Shown here: positions 26,651 to 39,500 of the stretch, piece after piece
Position numbering within the stretch: the first letter of the stretch is position 1
How the letters are laid out: every line of letters begins with the position of its first letter
From: Azolla caroliniana
Taxonomy: Eukaryota; Plantae; Polypodiophyta
Length of the DNA stretch: 64,000 bases
Direction: 5' to 3'
Assembly: GCA_043228905.1 (NCBI GenBank)
Contig: JBHGNT010000119.1
Span: forward strand, 11,302 to 75,301
The notes under the pieces: model-generated
Database searches by the model: none
What the model was told of the DNA's origin: nothing
Seen by the model: only the letters and a program-made list of their open reading frames with translations
Made by a program: the position numbers and the translations under genes

Positions 26651-27088
26651 TGAAAAGAATGGCATGCGGAAGCAATATATGAAAACCGAACAACAGAAAA
26701 CGCAGGTTTAATGGAAAGCTTAGGTCTTCACAGTACGCACGGGAGAGACAGAGAGAGAGTAACACAAGAACTTAAATTCAAAAAATAATACTCAATCTGT
26801 ACATAGGATGTGCTCAGTGAGAACTTTTATACTAGCCTTGATAGTGCGCTGACACAAGTATTGACAGTACTTGACTGCTCATAAATGAGCCTCACACTTA
26901 CTCCCAAAACTATTCCTTACAAGGAATATCTTTCTAACGGCCTTTCGGTCTACGCACCGATACGGCCTTTCGGTCTACGCACTGATACGGCCTTTCTACG
27001 CACCGGTCTGCCTACCGGTTTTATGCACCTAGTCTACGCACTGGTCCCACATCGTATTACGCACAAATGTTGAGCTTGTCTCTCAACA
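26651..27088 (-). repeat. 3' LTR of copia C, with a short ~25-bp tandem repeat at about 26938-27010
   Basis: Starts tgttgagag after the PPT. Similar to 22000-22205 and 56496-56715. Confidence 0.78.
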
Positions 27089-27308
27089 CTCCCCCTCAAG
27101 CTCAACTTGAGGTTCCGCCTGCTCTGCCGGACCTACGCTCCGGCTTCTCCTAGCTCCACGCCTCGCTCGTGCTCCTCGGCCTGTTCGACTCAGCGCGCTT
27201 CGACCCTTCTGATCGGCTTGTCTACTCCCACGGCCCTTCACAGGTCCCTTGTTGTCGCGGTGTTGGCGCTTCTCCTGTGTGGCCCTTAGTTGATTCAGTG
27301 TATCTGAA

Positions 27309-30214
27309 TCAAACATCCGAACCGACTCCGCTCTCGTCCGAGCTCTCATCCGAGTTGGCTGTCTCCAACTCGTCTCCGGTCTTCTCGCCCTTGACGGCGT
27401 CATCTCCCCCATGCCTGGTTGGCTTTGGCTCTTTCTTTCGGCTACTCCCCTTGTGTCCACTTTCGGACTCTACCGCGGATCCACTCTCGGCTTCTTCAAG
27501 CGATTCAAGGTCTTTTCCGCTCCTTTCCTGCTCCCTTTCGTGGTCATCTGGGACATTTCTCCCCCTCAAGTTCGGCACGTCGAAGTGACGCAACCCAAGC
27601 GCACTCGAAAATTGCCGCAACTTGTCGAGACCAAGAGGCTTGGTGAAGATGTCGGCGGTCTGCCGATCTGTCGGAACATATTGAAGTTCGACTTCACCAG
27701 AAAGAACACGCTCACGGACAAAATGGTAGTGCACCTCAATGTGCTTGGTCTGCGCGTGGAAGACAGGGTTCTTCGCGAGTTGGATGCTGTTGAGGTTGTC
27801 GCAGTAGATCGTCGTTGGATCGGACACCTCCTCCTGCAGATCCTTAAGTAGCCACTTTAACCAAATGGCTTCGCATGTTGCGACAACCGCTCCTCTATAC
27901 TCGGCTTCGGTGCTCGATCGTGCAACTGTCGGTTGCTTCTTGCTACTCCACGCTATCGCGGCACTCCCAAGAGAGAACGCATGTCCGGACGTGGATCAGC
28001 GATTGGCGACATTGCCGGCCCAGTCGGCATCAGTGTAGCCGACCAACTGCGGGGCTGTATGGGTCCGATATAGCAGTCCGCGGTCCTTAGTGCTGATTAC
28101 GTACCGCAATACGCGTTGCGCACACTGAAGGTGCTCCTCGGTAGGTCGCGCCATGAACTGACTGATCACCCCGACCGGATAACTGAGATCAGGTCGGGTG
28201 ATGGTCAAGTAGATAAGGCTTCTGACAACTTGTCGGAACCTTGTCGGATCGCAAACCTTGTCGGAATTGGGGTGAAGCTTGACAGTTCTGTCCAGAGGAG
28301 TCAAGACGGACTTATAGTCTGCCATCCCGAATTTGAAGAGCATATTCAGCGCGTAATGACGTTGGCTAATTAGTATGCCTTCGGGGGTGCAGATCACTTC
28401 GATCCCGAGGAAGTAATGAAGGTCCCCCAGATCCTTCATGTCGAATGATGCCGCAAGCTGGAGCTTCACGCGGTTGATCTCACCTAGGTCGACGCCGGTG
28501 ATGACCAAGTCATCAACATAGAGTAAAATACTGACCGACCCGAGTCGACCTTTCTGAATGAACAACGAGGAGTCCAATTTTGACGTCGCAAAGCCCTTCC
28601 GACGCAGCCAATGCGTGATTTTTGCATTCCACGCACGCGGGGCTTGCTTCAGTCCGTAAAGAGACTTCTTCAATCGGCATATTGCCGACGTGTTCGGTCC
28701 GGAGTGAAATCCGGGGGGTTGTACCATGTACACTTGGTCCTCAAGCTCACCTTGCAGGAATGCATTCTTTACATCCATCTGATATCGGTGCCACCCCTTG
28801 GCCACGGCTACTGCGAGCAAAACATGGACGGTCGTCATCTTTGCGACCGACGCGAACGTCTCATCGTAGTCGATGCCGTGTTTCTGCGCGTAGCCTTTTG
28901 CCACTAACCGGGCCTTGTATCGGTTGTCCGAGCCGTCGGTGTTGTACTTGACCTTGTACACCCACCTACATCTGATCAGCTTCACACCCTTCAGTGCGTC
29001 AACCAGATCCCAGGTCTCGTTTTTCGCCAATGCGTGCATCTCTTCCTCCATCGCTGCGCGCCAATTCGCGTCCTTCGCCGCTTCTGCGTAGCTCCCCGGC
29101 TCACGCACTTCTGCTACACGGGTCATGTACACATAGTGATGTGCCATGTACTCGTTGTATCCAAACCGCACAACTGGGTTCTTTTGGCGGGAAGATCGGC
29201 GTAATCGGTCATTTGCCGATGTCGAGGTCTTCTCGGCCGACGCGGACTTTGTTCCTGAAGGCCCGTCGCCGCTTCCCTTGAAGTTGGACTCGCATCAGTC
29301 TGACCCGTTCCTATCCGTGCCGGAATCCAACACCTTCTTCTTCCCTTTCTCTTCACGCGTAAGCCGTCTCCAGGGCTTCCTACGCGGGGAATGCATGGCC
29401 GAGTCTCCACTAATCGCCGACTCAATCGTCCATTCGGACTGGTCGTACCGACTCAATCGTCCATTCGGTCCACTTAACCGAACCGAAATCGGACTCTCTT
29501 CAGGGGTCCCGATTTCAAGCTCAGCCGGAGGCACCTCGGCCTCGCTGTCCTCATCCTCAGAAGTCGGATTGGAGGTGAGGTCCGGAGTCGGAGGCAAGTA
29601 CCAGGACGCGAACTCATCAAACACAACGTCGCGGCTCATGCGCGGTTGTTTGGTACGCGGGTTATAGCACTTATAACCCTTTTGCTCGTCCGAATAACCG
29701 ACCAAGATACACTTCTCGGCTTTTGCGTCCAACTTCCTCCTTTTCTCCTTCGGCACATGTACATACTCAATGCTACCGAAAACTCGTAAGTGTCGCAAGT
29801 TCGGGTTTCTTCCAAAGTATAGCTCGTGCGCCGACACTTTTTCTCCGATCCGGTTCTGGATGTATACAGCGGTTCTTACCGCCTCGGCCCAATAGAACTT
29901 GGGCAAGCTCTTCTCGTCTAGCATTGCGTGTGCAGCTTCCACAACTGACTGATTTTTTCTCTCGGCCACGCCGTTTTGCTCCGGCGTGTATCTACAACTG
30001 AATTCGCGCCGAATTCCCATCTGTTGTAGATAACCGTTGAATTGACCGGAAAAGTATTCTTTTCCGCCATCCGCCCGCAAGCACTTGATCTTTCTTCCTA
30101 TTTCCGTTTCCACGAACCCTTTGAGGTCCCGAAAACAGTCGAAGACTTCGGTTTTCCTCTCAACGAGGTAAATCCACGTGTGACGCGTGTAGTCGTCGAT
30201 GAAGGAGACAAAAT
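27309..30214 (-). pseudogene. pol: Copia C integrase-RT-RNase H with acidic C-terminal extension
   Basis: ORFs 29295..30113, 27996..29171 (QMDVKNAFL, YVDD) and 27309..27827. Confidence 0.92.
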
Positions 30215-30953
30215 TGTTGGGAAACAGGTCCCTCCCGATGGGAAGGAAGAAGAACAGTGCCGATGAACGAACTCGGGTACGGAGAGCCGGATGGTGCAGG
30301 CCCGGTATGAACCGGATGAGGAGTGCCCGGCTACGGAGAGCCGGATGGTGCAGGCCCGGTATGAACCGGATGAGGAGTACTCAACTACGGAGAGCCGGAT
30401 GGTGCAGGCCCGGTATGAACCGGATGAGGAGTACTCGGCTACGGAGAGCCGAATGGTGCAGGCCCGGTATGAACCGGATGAAGAGACATGTTCGTAAATA
30501 TGTTTTCTGAGAGCCCATCGAGGCTACATTTGTAAATAGCCGAAAAGTCATATTAGTATAAATATGACTTAGGGCAAACCTTTAGTAACTGTTGTTGTAG
30601 TTGTTGTCATTCTTCCTTGTTGGTGCAAGAAGAAACGAGAGCGCGCAACTGTACAGAGAGAGAGACAGAGAGAGGCGAGGTCTTTGCCTCTGTTGTAATC
30701 GCCGCCTGTGGCAAAGATCGTGAGCACGAGGTCGTTACCTTCGTGAACTCACAATTTTGTACATTCTTACATAGTGACAGTTTGCAGCCCGTGGGCTGCC
30801 GTGGTTTTTCCCCTAGTTTGGGGTTTTTTCCATGTAAACCGCCTGTGTATTTGTCTTCCTCTTTGTGTCGTGTTCTATTTCCTATTTTCTGTGTATGAAA
30901 ATAATCTCGGTTGTGGCCGAGCGTTGCGCATAAGGAACGTTGGGTTGCCGTCA
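30215..30953 (+). repeat. 5' LTR of D, with a 54-bp tandem repeat (about 4 units)
   Basis: Direct repeat of 33513-34260. Confidence 0.94.
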
Positions 30954-30984
30954 AGTGGTATCAGAGCGAATTCGACACAGAAAA

Positions 30985-33502
30985 ATGGACGAATCATTTG
31001 CCGGCATGTTCAAGCTCACCGGCTCCAACTATTCAGTATGGAAGTCGAAGATGAGGGACATGCTCGTTGTTAAAGACCTCTGGCTGCCGGTTCAGTTCGG
31101 GTACAAGAGACCGGACAAAGTCGACGCCGCGATATGGGAGGTGATGCACATGAAGACAACGGCGTACATACGGTGCTTCATCGACATGAGCCTGTACAAC
31201 AACTTCAAGGCTCATGAGCTCTGGGAGAAGATCGGCATAATGTTCCAGAACAAAAATGCTGTCAATCAGGTGTCGGTATTCCGGAAGCTAGTAAGACTCC
31301 GGTACCAAGATGGCTCCAGCATGGCGGAGCACATGAATGCCTTCCAGGGGCTGATCCACCAGGCTACTTCATTGGAAGTACCTCTCACCGATGAGGTACT
31401 AGCGCTACTCCTGCTCGGTTCCCTCCCAGATAGCTGGGAGACGTTGGTTGTCACTTTGGGCAACGCCGGGCCGGAAGGAAAACAGTTATCCCTAGCAAGA
31501 GTAAAGTCGAGCTTGTTAGATGAGGAGGCGCGTCGGAAAGACAAAGATACGAGCTCCGACTCCAAAGCGCTTCTTACCGAATCGGAACGCGGAAGACAGA
31601 GAAACCGTAGTCCCCAAAACCGGGAGAAGTCGGGGACACGGTCAAAGTCAAGGGGAAGACCTACTTGCTTCTATTGCGGCAAGCCGGGACACTTCCAAAA
31701 GAACTGTCGGCATTTCCGTAAAGACAAGGAAATCGACGGTACCGATTCGAAGCAAACCGCGGACCGGAATGGTAAAGACCGGAGGGGACCGGACCAGAAG
31801 GGAACGACGGCAATCGCGGCAAGTGAAGAAGAGTTGATGCTCATCACCGAGGAGTGTGAGATAAACCTTGCCGGCGACGAGATGACCTGGGTGGTAGACT
31901 CCGAAGCGTCGTTCCACCTTACCCCGGACCGGAAATGCTTCTCATCATATTCAACCGGTGATCACGGCTGTGTCCGGATGGGGAATGAAGGAACATGCCG
32001 AATTGTCGGCATAGGAGACGTGTGGCTGACAACACCAACTGGATGCAAGTTGCTGCTGAAGGATGTACGACACGTTCCGGAAGTTCGTCTGAACCTGATA
32101 TCAGCCGGTCGGCTAGATGATGAAGGCTACACGGGTAGCATCCGGAACGGTGCTATGAAGTTCAGCAAAGGGAGCCTGATTGTGGCTCGGGCCCGGAAGG
32201 TAAACACATTGTACCTGATGAATGCTCGGTTATGTCCGGAAGAAGTGAACGTGTCATATGAGCGAGAAGGGGATGAAGAGGCTTGCAGACGACAACCTCA
32301 TTCCAGTGAGATCTACATGCAGCAACCGGAAGGTTTCATGGAGAAAGGGAAGGAGCACCTGGTATGCCGGTTGAAGAAGAGCCTGTACGGACTGAAGCAG
32401 GCTCCCCGGCAATGGTACCGGAAGTTCGACTCCTTCATGACCGATCAAGGGTACCACAAGACACAGGCCGATCACTGTGTGTTTGTGAAGAAGTTTGAAG
32501 GAGGCGACTTCTTGATACTCCTCCTATACGTGGATGACATGTTGATCGTCGGACGTGACCAAGTCAAAATACGGATGCTGAAGAAGGCTCTCAACCGGAC
32601 CTTCTCAATGAAAGACTTGGGTCCGGCAAGACAGATGTTGGGGATGCACATCATTCGGGACCGGTCAGTGAAGCAATTATGGCTGTCACAGGAGAAGTAT
32701 TTGACAAAGGTGCTTCACCGGTTCAACATGTCAGAAGCAAAACCGGTCGAATCGACACTTTCGGCAAACTGCAAGCTGTCCGGCAAGCAAAGCCCGAAGA
32801 CGAAAGCAGAGAAGGCGGATATGATGAAGATTCCATATGCCTCTGCCGTCGGGAGCTTGATGTACGCAATGGTTTGTACTCGACCGGACATTGGATACGC
32901 AGTCGGAGTGGTGAGCCGGTTCATGAGTAATCCCGGCAAGGAGCATTGGAACGCGGTCAAATGGATACTCCGGTATTTGAAGGGCACTTCAAATATGTCT
33001 CCGATTCAGCTCCAGAAAAGCTCAACTGGACGGTTTCACTGATTCTGACATGTCGGCTGATGTGGATACCAGCTGGTCTACATCCGGGTATGTGATGACA
33101 TATGCAGGGGGAGCTGTTTCGTGGCAGTCAAGGCTGCAGAAGACAGTTGCATTGTCAACCACAGAGGCAGAGTACATGGCGGCTGTGGAAGCCGGCAAGG
33201 AAATATTATGGATGAAGGACTTCATCGGAGAGCTCGGTATACGGCAAGAGGAATACCAACTCTATTGAGACAGTCAAAGTGCCATCCACCTTGCTAAAAA
33301 TGCGGCCTACCATTCCCGGACGAAGCATATCCAGCGGAGGTATCACTGGATCCGAGAAAGAGTAGATGACCAGGAGTTCGCACTGACGAAGATCCACACG
33401 GCCGAGAACGGGTCAAATATGCTGACCAAAGTGTTGACACCCAACAAGTTGAACACATGCCGGAAGAAGATCGGGCTGGAAAGACACCCCATGCCGGAGT
33501 GA
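30985..33502 (+). pseudogene. D gag-PR fused to partial RT, followed by RNase H fragments
   Basis: CFYCGKPGHFQKNC, WVVDSEASFH, then almost directly EIYMQQPEG and YVDD. The integrase core present in 60438..63941 is absent. Confidence 0.9.
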
Positions 33503-33512
33503 AGGGGGAGTT

Positions 33513-34260
33513 TGTTGGGAAACAGGTTCCTCCGGATGGGAAGGAAGAAGAACAGTGCCGATGAACGAACCGGATGAGGAGTACCCGGCTACGGAGAGCC
33601 GGATGGTGCAGGCCCGGTATGAACCGGATGAGGAGTGCCCGGCTACGGAGAGCCGGATGGTGCAGGCCCGGTATGAACCTTATGAGGAGTACCCGACTAC
33701 GGAGAGCCGGATGGTGCAGGCCCGGTATGAACCGGATGAGGAGTACCCGGCTACGGAGAGCCGGATGGTGCAAGCTCGGTATGAACCGGATGAAGAGACA
33801 TGTTCGTAAATATGTTTTCTGAGAGCCCATCGAGGCTACATTTGTAAATAGCCGAAAAGTCATATTAGTATAAATATGACTTAGGGCAAACCTTTAGTAA
33901 CTGTTGTTGTAGTTGTTGTCATTCTTCCTTGTTGGTGCAAGAAGAAACGAGAGCGCGCAACTGTACAGAGAGAGACAAAGAGAGAGGCGAGGTCTTTGCC
34001 TCTGTTGTAATCGCCGCCTGTGGCGAAGATCGTGAGCACGAGGTCGTTACCTCCGTGAACTCACAGTTTTGTACATTCTTACATAGTGACAGTTTGCAGC
34101 CCGTAGGCTGTCGTGGTTTTTCCCCTAGTTTGGGGTTTTTTCACGTAAACCTCCTGTGTATTTGTCTTCCTTTTGTGTCGTGTTCTATTTCCTATTTTCT
34201 GTGTATGAAAATAATCTCGGTTGCCGAGCGTTGCGCATAAGGAACGTTGGGTTCCCGTCA
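33513..34260 (+). repeat. 3' LTR of D, with four 54-bp units at about 33567-33795
   Basis: Unit starts at 33567, 33621 and onward. Confidence 0.94.
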
Positions 34261-35304
34261 AAAATATCGGCTCCCGCCAAGACTAACGTTTTGTGCCGGC
34301 CCCCACACATCAGAGTGTATCAAGTCTAGCTTATTCCGGCTCCGATTACGCTCGTTTGGGAAAGGAAGTCGGTGTTGCTTCCCAAGCTGGCAGGCTTCAC
34401 AAATTTGTGCCTTCCGTCCACTAAATTTGGGCAATTCAAATACCACTTGTTTCGATTGCAAGTCTTGAAGCCGCTGGTAGTTGACGTGGCCTATCCGTTT
34501 GTGCCATAAGTCGATGTCCAACTCGACTTTTTGTCCCTTCGCGAACATTGCGGTGCCACCGTCATTAGAGTCGAGGATAAACATCCCCCCATCTCTGCGC
34601 CCTTGCGCAATAATACGGCCTTCTTCCTCAATGAAGCACCCAAGATGCATAAACCGAACCTGCATCCCCAGGTCGACGATGTGCCCGACCGACACCAGAT
34701 TCTTCGTGATGGTTGTGATGTGTAACACGTTGTCGTGAAGAAAACCGTCCCCAGGCGCAAACCGTATATAGCTTGTGTGAACCGGCCCTTACACGTGGGC
34801 ACGCCCCTGGTTGTATAGTAGATAGGTAGGCACACAGGTCGAATCCTAGGTAGCAATATTCTATAGAGAGAATCGAGGAGTATCTTTGTCCGAAAGGACA
34901 GAGAATTAATGTGATGTAAACGGGTGAAACGGCCTCCCTCCTTGAGCTATAAAAGAGAGGGAGACGGGGAGAGAAGGTATCCCGCGCTAGAGGGGACGAA
35001 GTGCTGTCAGACTGGGACCGAGCTCTTCTTCTCTGTCGTAATCCATAGCTTTCTTTTGCGCAGGTTCTTAGGAGGTTGATTCTGCTCCATGGAACGCCCG
35101 TGTGCTTCCGACAAAATCTCCATCTTGCTCCCCTGTGTGCGTGGGTGGTCAGGCGTCGGCATCCATCTCGCTGACCTGATCGGCTGTAACCGTTCGAGTC
35201 GTCTGCATACATACATTTTTTTTTTTGTTACATACGCTAGTGTTCTCAACTCGTGTCTCCTGTGTTGTTGAGCCGCGTTCCCGTGCGCTTCTTTGTCTAT
35301 ACGT

Positions 35305-35940
35305 TGTCGTGAAGAAAACCGACCACGAGCGGAATCGGTGCACCGGAGCGTAGAAACCGACTCTTCATGCACGTGCGACTTAAGTTGAACATAGGAGATC
35401 CTAGGTAGATTCGGTAGGTAGGGAGTAAAGGGGAAACGGCTCCTTCCTTGCTTATAAAAGGAGGGAGACGAGGAGGGTAGAAGGATCGCGGAGAGTCGAG
35501 GACGAAGTGCTGTCGGTTTGCGTGCAAAGGCTTCTCTCTCTCTCTCTCTCTCTTTCTGGTTGCAAACGCCATAGCTTCCTTTTGTGCAAGTTTCGAGGAG
35601 GCCGCGCTGCTCTGAGGAATGCCCGAGTGCTTCCGGCAGCACCTCCAACCTACTCATTCCCCTCTGTGCGTTTACGAGCAGGCATCGACATCTGTTCGCC
35701 GGCCTGTTCGGTTGTAACCAACTTCGTGTTTTGTTGACTTCGTGTTCTTGTTGTTTGTCTTGTCAATACATACATACTTTCGTGTCTTTCTGTGTCGCTG
35801 TCCCACTCGCGTCTTTGCGTCGAAGGGCCGTGTCCCTGTGAATCTACGCTCGCACGTAGTGGGTCTACCTCTCTTACTCTTCGGTACAGGACCCCCGAGG
35901 TCCCGCCTCACTCCACGCATCCGCGAGGAATACCTTGACA
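35305..35940 (+). repeat. 5' LTR of E
   Basis: Direct repeat of 51674-52307. Confidence 0.95.
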
Positions 35941-35944
35941 TATT

Positions 35945-35961
35945 TGGTGAACCCGACGTGA
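35945..35961 (+). promoter_or_regulatory. tRNA-Trp primer-binding site of E
   Basis: tggtgaacccgacgtga is complementary to the recalled plant tRNA-Trp 3' end, ..UCACGUCGGGUUCACCA. Confidence 0.85.
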
Positions 35962-36175
35962 AAGAGGCGGCAGAAGAGCAAAAGATGAGGGGATCGGATC
36001 TTGCAGAGGCCATGGCTTCGGCCATGGATCGGATATTGAGCACACGCGAGGGCACCGGTGCCCTCGACAAAGCCATTGAGGCGGTCGTCGGTACGATCGG
36101 CCGTTTCAGCGGAAAGGATGCTACGAAGTATTTGGCGTCCTATAGGGCGGAAATGCTGATGCGGGACATTCCGGA

Positions 36176-36546
36176 TGTTGTATGTATGGCTGGACTAGCC
36201 TCAACACAGGTGTCTATCCGACACTTCTCCAAAGGGGTGGTAGGGATAGAATGTTAATACACGCGTATGATAATTACACTTAAGCACAGACGAAGACAAG
36301 ATTAATCAGCATAAGCAAAACTATATTAATTCTTCGCCCCTTCATTACAAAACATCGGATCCTTTTATAGGCATCCGGCCAGATTACAATCGGTGCTCGG
36401 TAGGCAACCGTTAACCGAAACCGAATCGGTTCGGATCCGGATCGGTTACAACTACCGGATCCGTCCCTCCTAATAATTCTATTCCTATTTCTATATTTAT
36501 CCGATCCGACCTTGCTTTCCCATTTGCCTTCTCTGACCGGCCAACA
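36176..36546 (-). repeat. 3' LTR of F
   Basis: TG..CA ends; minus-strand TATA cctataaaagg. Confidence 0.96.
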
Positions 36547-36548
36547 CA

Positions 36549-36564
36549 TGGCACGCCCGTGGGA
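36549..36564 (+). promoter_or_regulatory. Second, inverted PBS-like motif (tRNA-Arg-like) in place of the polypurine tract
   Basis: TGGCACGCCCGTGGGA lies 2 nt from the LTR. The same motif and spacing occur at 53280. Confidence 0.75.
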
Positions 36565-36596
36565 AAGTGCATTGCACTTCGAACCCACAGCCGGCT

Positions 36597-39500
36597 TCAG
36601 TCTTCCTCCAAATTATCAGGCAAACTCCGCTCCGAGGTTTCAAGTGTTGTTTTGCCTGTGCCGTCTCCGACGTCCGATTGGATTGGCTGCCTTTTCGCAT
36701 CTTGCTGCTCCGACTCTGCTTGTACCGGTGGTACCGGTGTTTCTTCTGTATCCTGTCCGGGTCTGTCCTGCTCCACCTCCGTTCCGTTCCCGGTATCGCT
36801 CTCTCCGGTTTCCACTGGTTGTGTCCTTTCCTCCCCGGATTCGGTACTTCTCTGTCTCCACTCTGCATCATCCCCGGCATCAACCTGCTCTTGCTCCGGA
36901 AGTTCTTCCTCGGGTAATTCTTGTCGGGGTACATTGTTGGTTGGGTCCTCTTCAGCCGGTCGCTCGCCCTCACTAATGGAGATCGGCGTTGTGTGTCCCT
37001 CGGCTTCCTGTCGCAGTCGGTCCTTCTCAAACCCTTCCAATTCTAGTTGGGTTTCGAGCTGTCCGTCATCCAACCTCTCTACTAACCCTCGCATTTCCTT
37101 GAGATGCTCTTCTGCTAGAGCATAGAAATCCTCCGACAGTTCTTCCCGGATGTTGACGATACTTTCTTCGTCCATTTTATAGAACCCATCTCCGTTTTTC
37201 TTCCGATTTTCTGCATCAGCTCGGAGTATCTGCAGTTCAGCTGCCTGTTGTGCCCATTCCCTCCAGAGCTTCTCCGTGCTTTCATTTATGCTGGCCTGAG
37301 CTCGGGTACTCCAACTTGACATGATGAACTTAATTCGGCCAACCCCTGCTTTAGCCTGTTCCGAAGCTGCTTGTTTTTCCTTCCTTATCCGTTTGATGAT
37401 GTCGGCCATTAACTGAGCTTGAGCTTCAGAGTCGACTTTTTGCTTGTCACAGGTACTCCGCCATTTGTTGATTTCGAAAGTCAACTTCACTTTCTCCTCA
37501 TTCCTGCTCTTTGTCAGCTCCCCTACTTTCTGCCGAAGTACTTCCATCTCCTTTCTTTGTTCCGATGTCAAGGTCTTCTCCGCCGATACTTCCTCCCTTG
37601 CTTTGGACAATTCCAAGCGGTTTTCCTTGAGCTGCTCTTTCAGCTTCTCTATCTGTCGGTCGTACGTTGCTGCCTGATTCTTGATGTCCGACGTGGCCTG
37701 TTTATAATCCTTACATAGTCTGTCGAATTCCTCCGTCTTCTGTTTTAGGCGTCGGTTCGCCTGAGCTCGCAACTGATCATCCCGGTCCTTTTGTTGTCGG
37801 AGTTCCTCTCGCAACCGCTCAATTTCCTGCTCCATTCGTCGGCGCAGCCTATCTTTTTCCTTTTGCAGTGTCCCGTTTTCTTCTTGTAGTCGGTCATTGG
37901 TGGCTTTGCTTCGGCGAAGGCCTTCCTCCATTCGCCGTCTGTCGTCTTCTACCAACTTCCGCTGTTCTCTTTCGTTATCTCTCAATGCCTCCTGAGCCTG
38001 TAATTCTTCTTTCAAAGTTGCTATTAACTTCTCGGTCTCAGGGCCGGTTTGCAAGGCCCTCTCCGTTTCTGGTTCGGCTTGCTTTTCTGATGTCCCGACC
38101 GGCTCGGTGCCATCTTGTGCTTGTCGGCTGCCTTCTTTTGCCTGTGCTAGCTCTTCTTGCAGCTCATGTAATTGTGCCCGGAGCATGACCATATCCTTAG
38201 TCATCGTCCTAGTCACTTCTTCTCTTTGCTCCTCCTCTTCCTCCATCTGGTCTGCTACTCCCGACAACTGCCCTGACAACCACCTTAGCCATTGTGCCTT
38301 TGTTCTGCCTTCGTTGGTGTCAGCAGGCGTGCCTAGCTCTGGCTGTTTTTCCGGCTGTTTCTCCGGCCTCTTCTCTTGTTCCGGCGCTTGTTCCTTTCTT
38401 TGTTCTTCGAACTCCGCCGCCGTCGGTTCCGGTACTGCCGTCTCTGGTGCAGACGGACCTTCATCCTGTGTCGCTTCTGTACCGGTTACTGGAGGCGGTT
38501 CTTTTGCCCGTTGCTGAGTTCCGTCCGCTGTTGGGGTTAGTCTTGTCGCTCGTTTCTCCTTTCCTTGCCTGGGTGGTAGTATTAACATCGGTTCGGATGA
38601 GTCTTCCTCTGTTTCAGCGTCCTCCGTCGGTGCCACTATTGGTTCCTTTACTGGTACCGGTTCCGATTCGAGCGTTACTGGTTCGGTGTCGGTTTGCCTC
38701 TTGCTGGTCTTCTTTGCCAGCTTCTCCTTGCCTTTTTCCGCCTTTTTCTTCTTCGTTGTCGGTTGCTGTTGCTGTTTCTGTGGCTGCCATGATGGGCCTT
38801 CCTCCCTTTGCTGTCGGGATGAGTCTTCTTCCCGCGGTTGTCGAGATGAGCCTTCTTTCCGCGGCTGTCGGGATGATCCTTCTTCCCGCGGCGCTTCTTC
38901 TTCCTGTGTCCATCCTGGAGTGTGTTTCTCTAGGATTCGTCGGCGCTTCATGGTTTGCTTCGGGGTAGTCTCCTGCCGACTTCTTTGCTTGTGCTTGATG
39001 GGGGACACCGGTGGGACCAACACTGTTAACCATTGGGATATTCCGGCCCATGGCTTCTTCCCTTCCACTAAGTGCTTGATCGCCTCTTTCAGTCCTTCGG
39101 TGATGAAATGGAGCCAGTCCACCTGCAGGCCTTCGAATGTCGCGATGACGATCGTTGCTCGGTATTTGGCTATGGCTGCCGGACGAGGGTTCACGAACCC
39201 GTACTCCATCAGGGCACGGGCCACCTCTCCGAACAGCAGGTTCTCTCCGCCCTGTGTGCGATACGCCTTGCTGCTAAGGGAGTATTCGCCGAAATACTCG
39301 AAGAATATTTGGCTCGAGGGTAGCTCTATCGTCTGAAGTCCTCCCTCCGAAATCCCTGTGAGCGCTTGTACCGCTCCTTCAGTGACCTCTGCTAAGTCCA
39401 CCGTTGTTGCCACCTGCTCTGGTTCCTTGTGTGGTGGAGCGTCAGCGACCCGCAGCAGCCCTCCTAATCCGTTCTTCGTCAGCCATTGTCGCGCTCCGTC

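Larger units (their letters stand above)
30215..34260 (+). mobile_element. Copia element D (Tnt1/Tork-like), internally deleted and lacking integrase, AAAAT TSD
   Basis: LTRs 30215-30953 and 33513-34260. PBS tggtatcagagc at 30956-30967. PPT gaagggggag. AAAAT at 30210-30214 and 34261-34265. Confidence 0.95.

Noticed and set aside
30199-30510. Repetitive ORFs (RRAGWCRPGMNRM / MVQARYEPDEE)
   Set aside because: They are translations of the 54-bp LTR repeat and are open in several frames.
36549-36564. tRNA gene
   Set aside because: Only a 3'-end-like 16-mer is present, with no cloverleaf.
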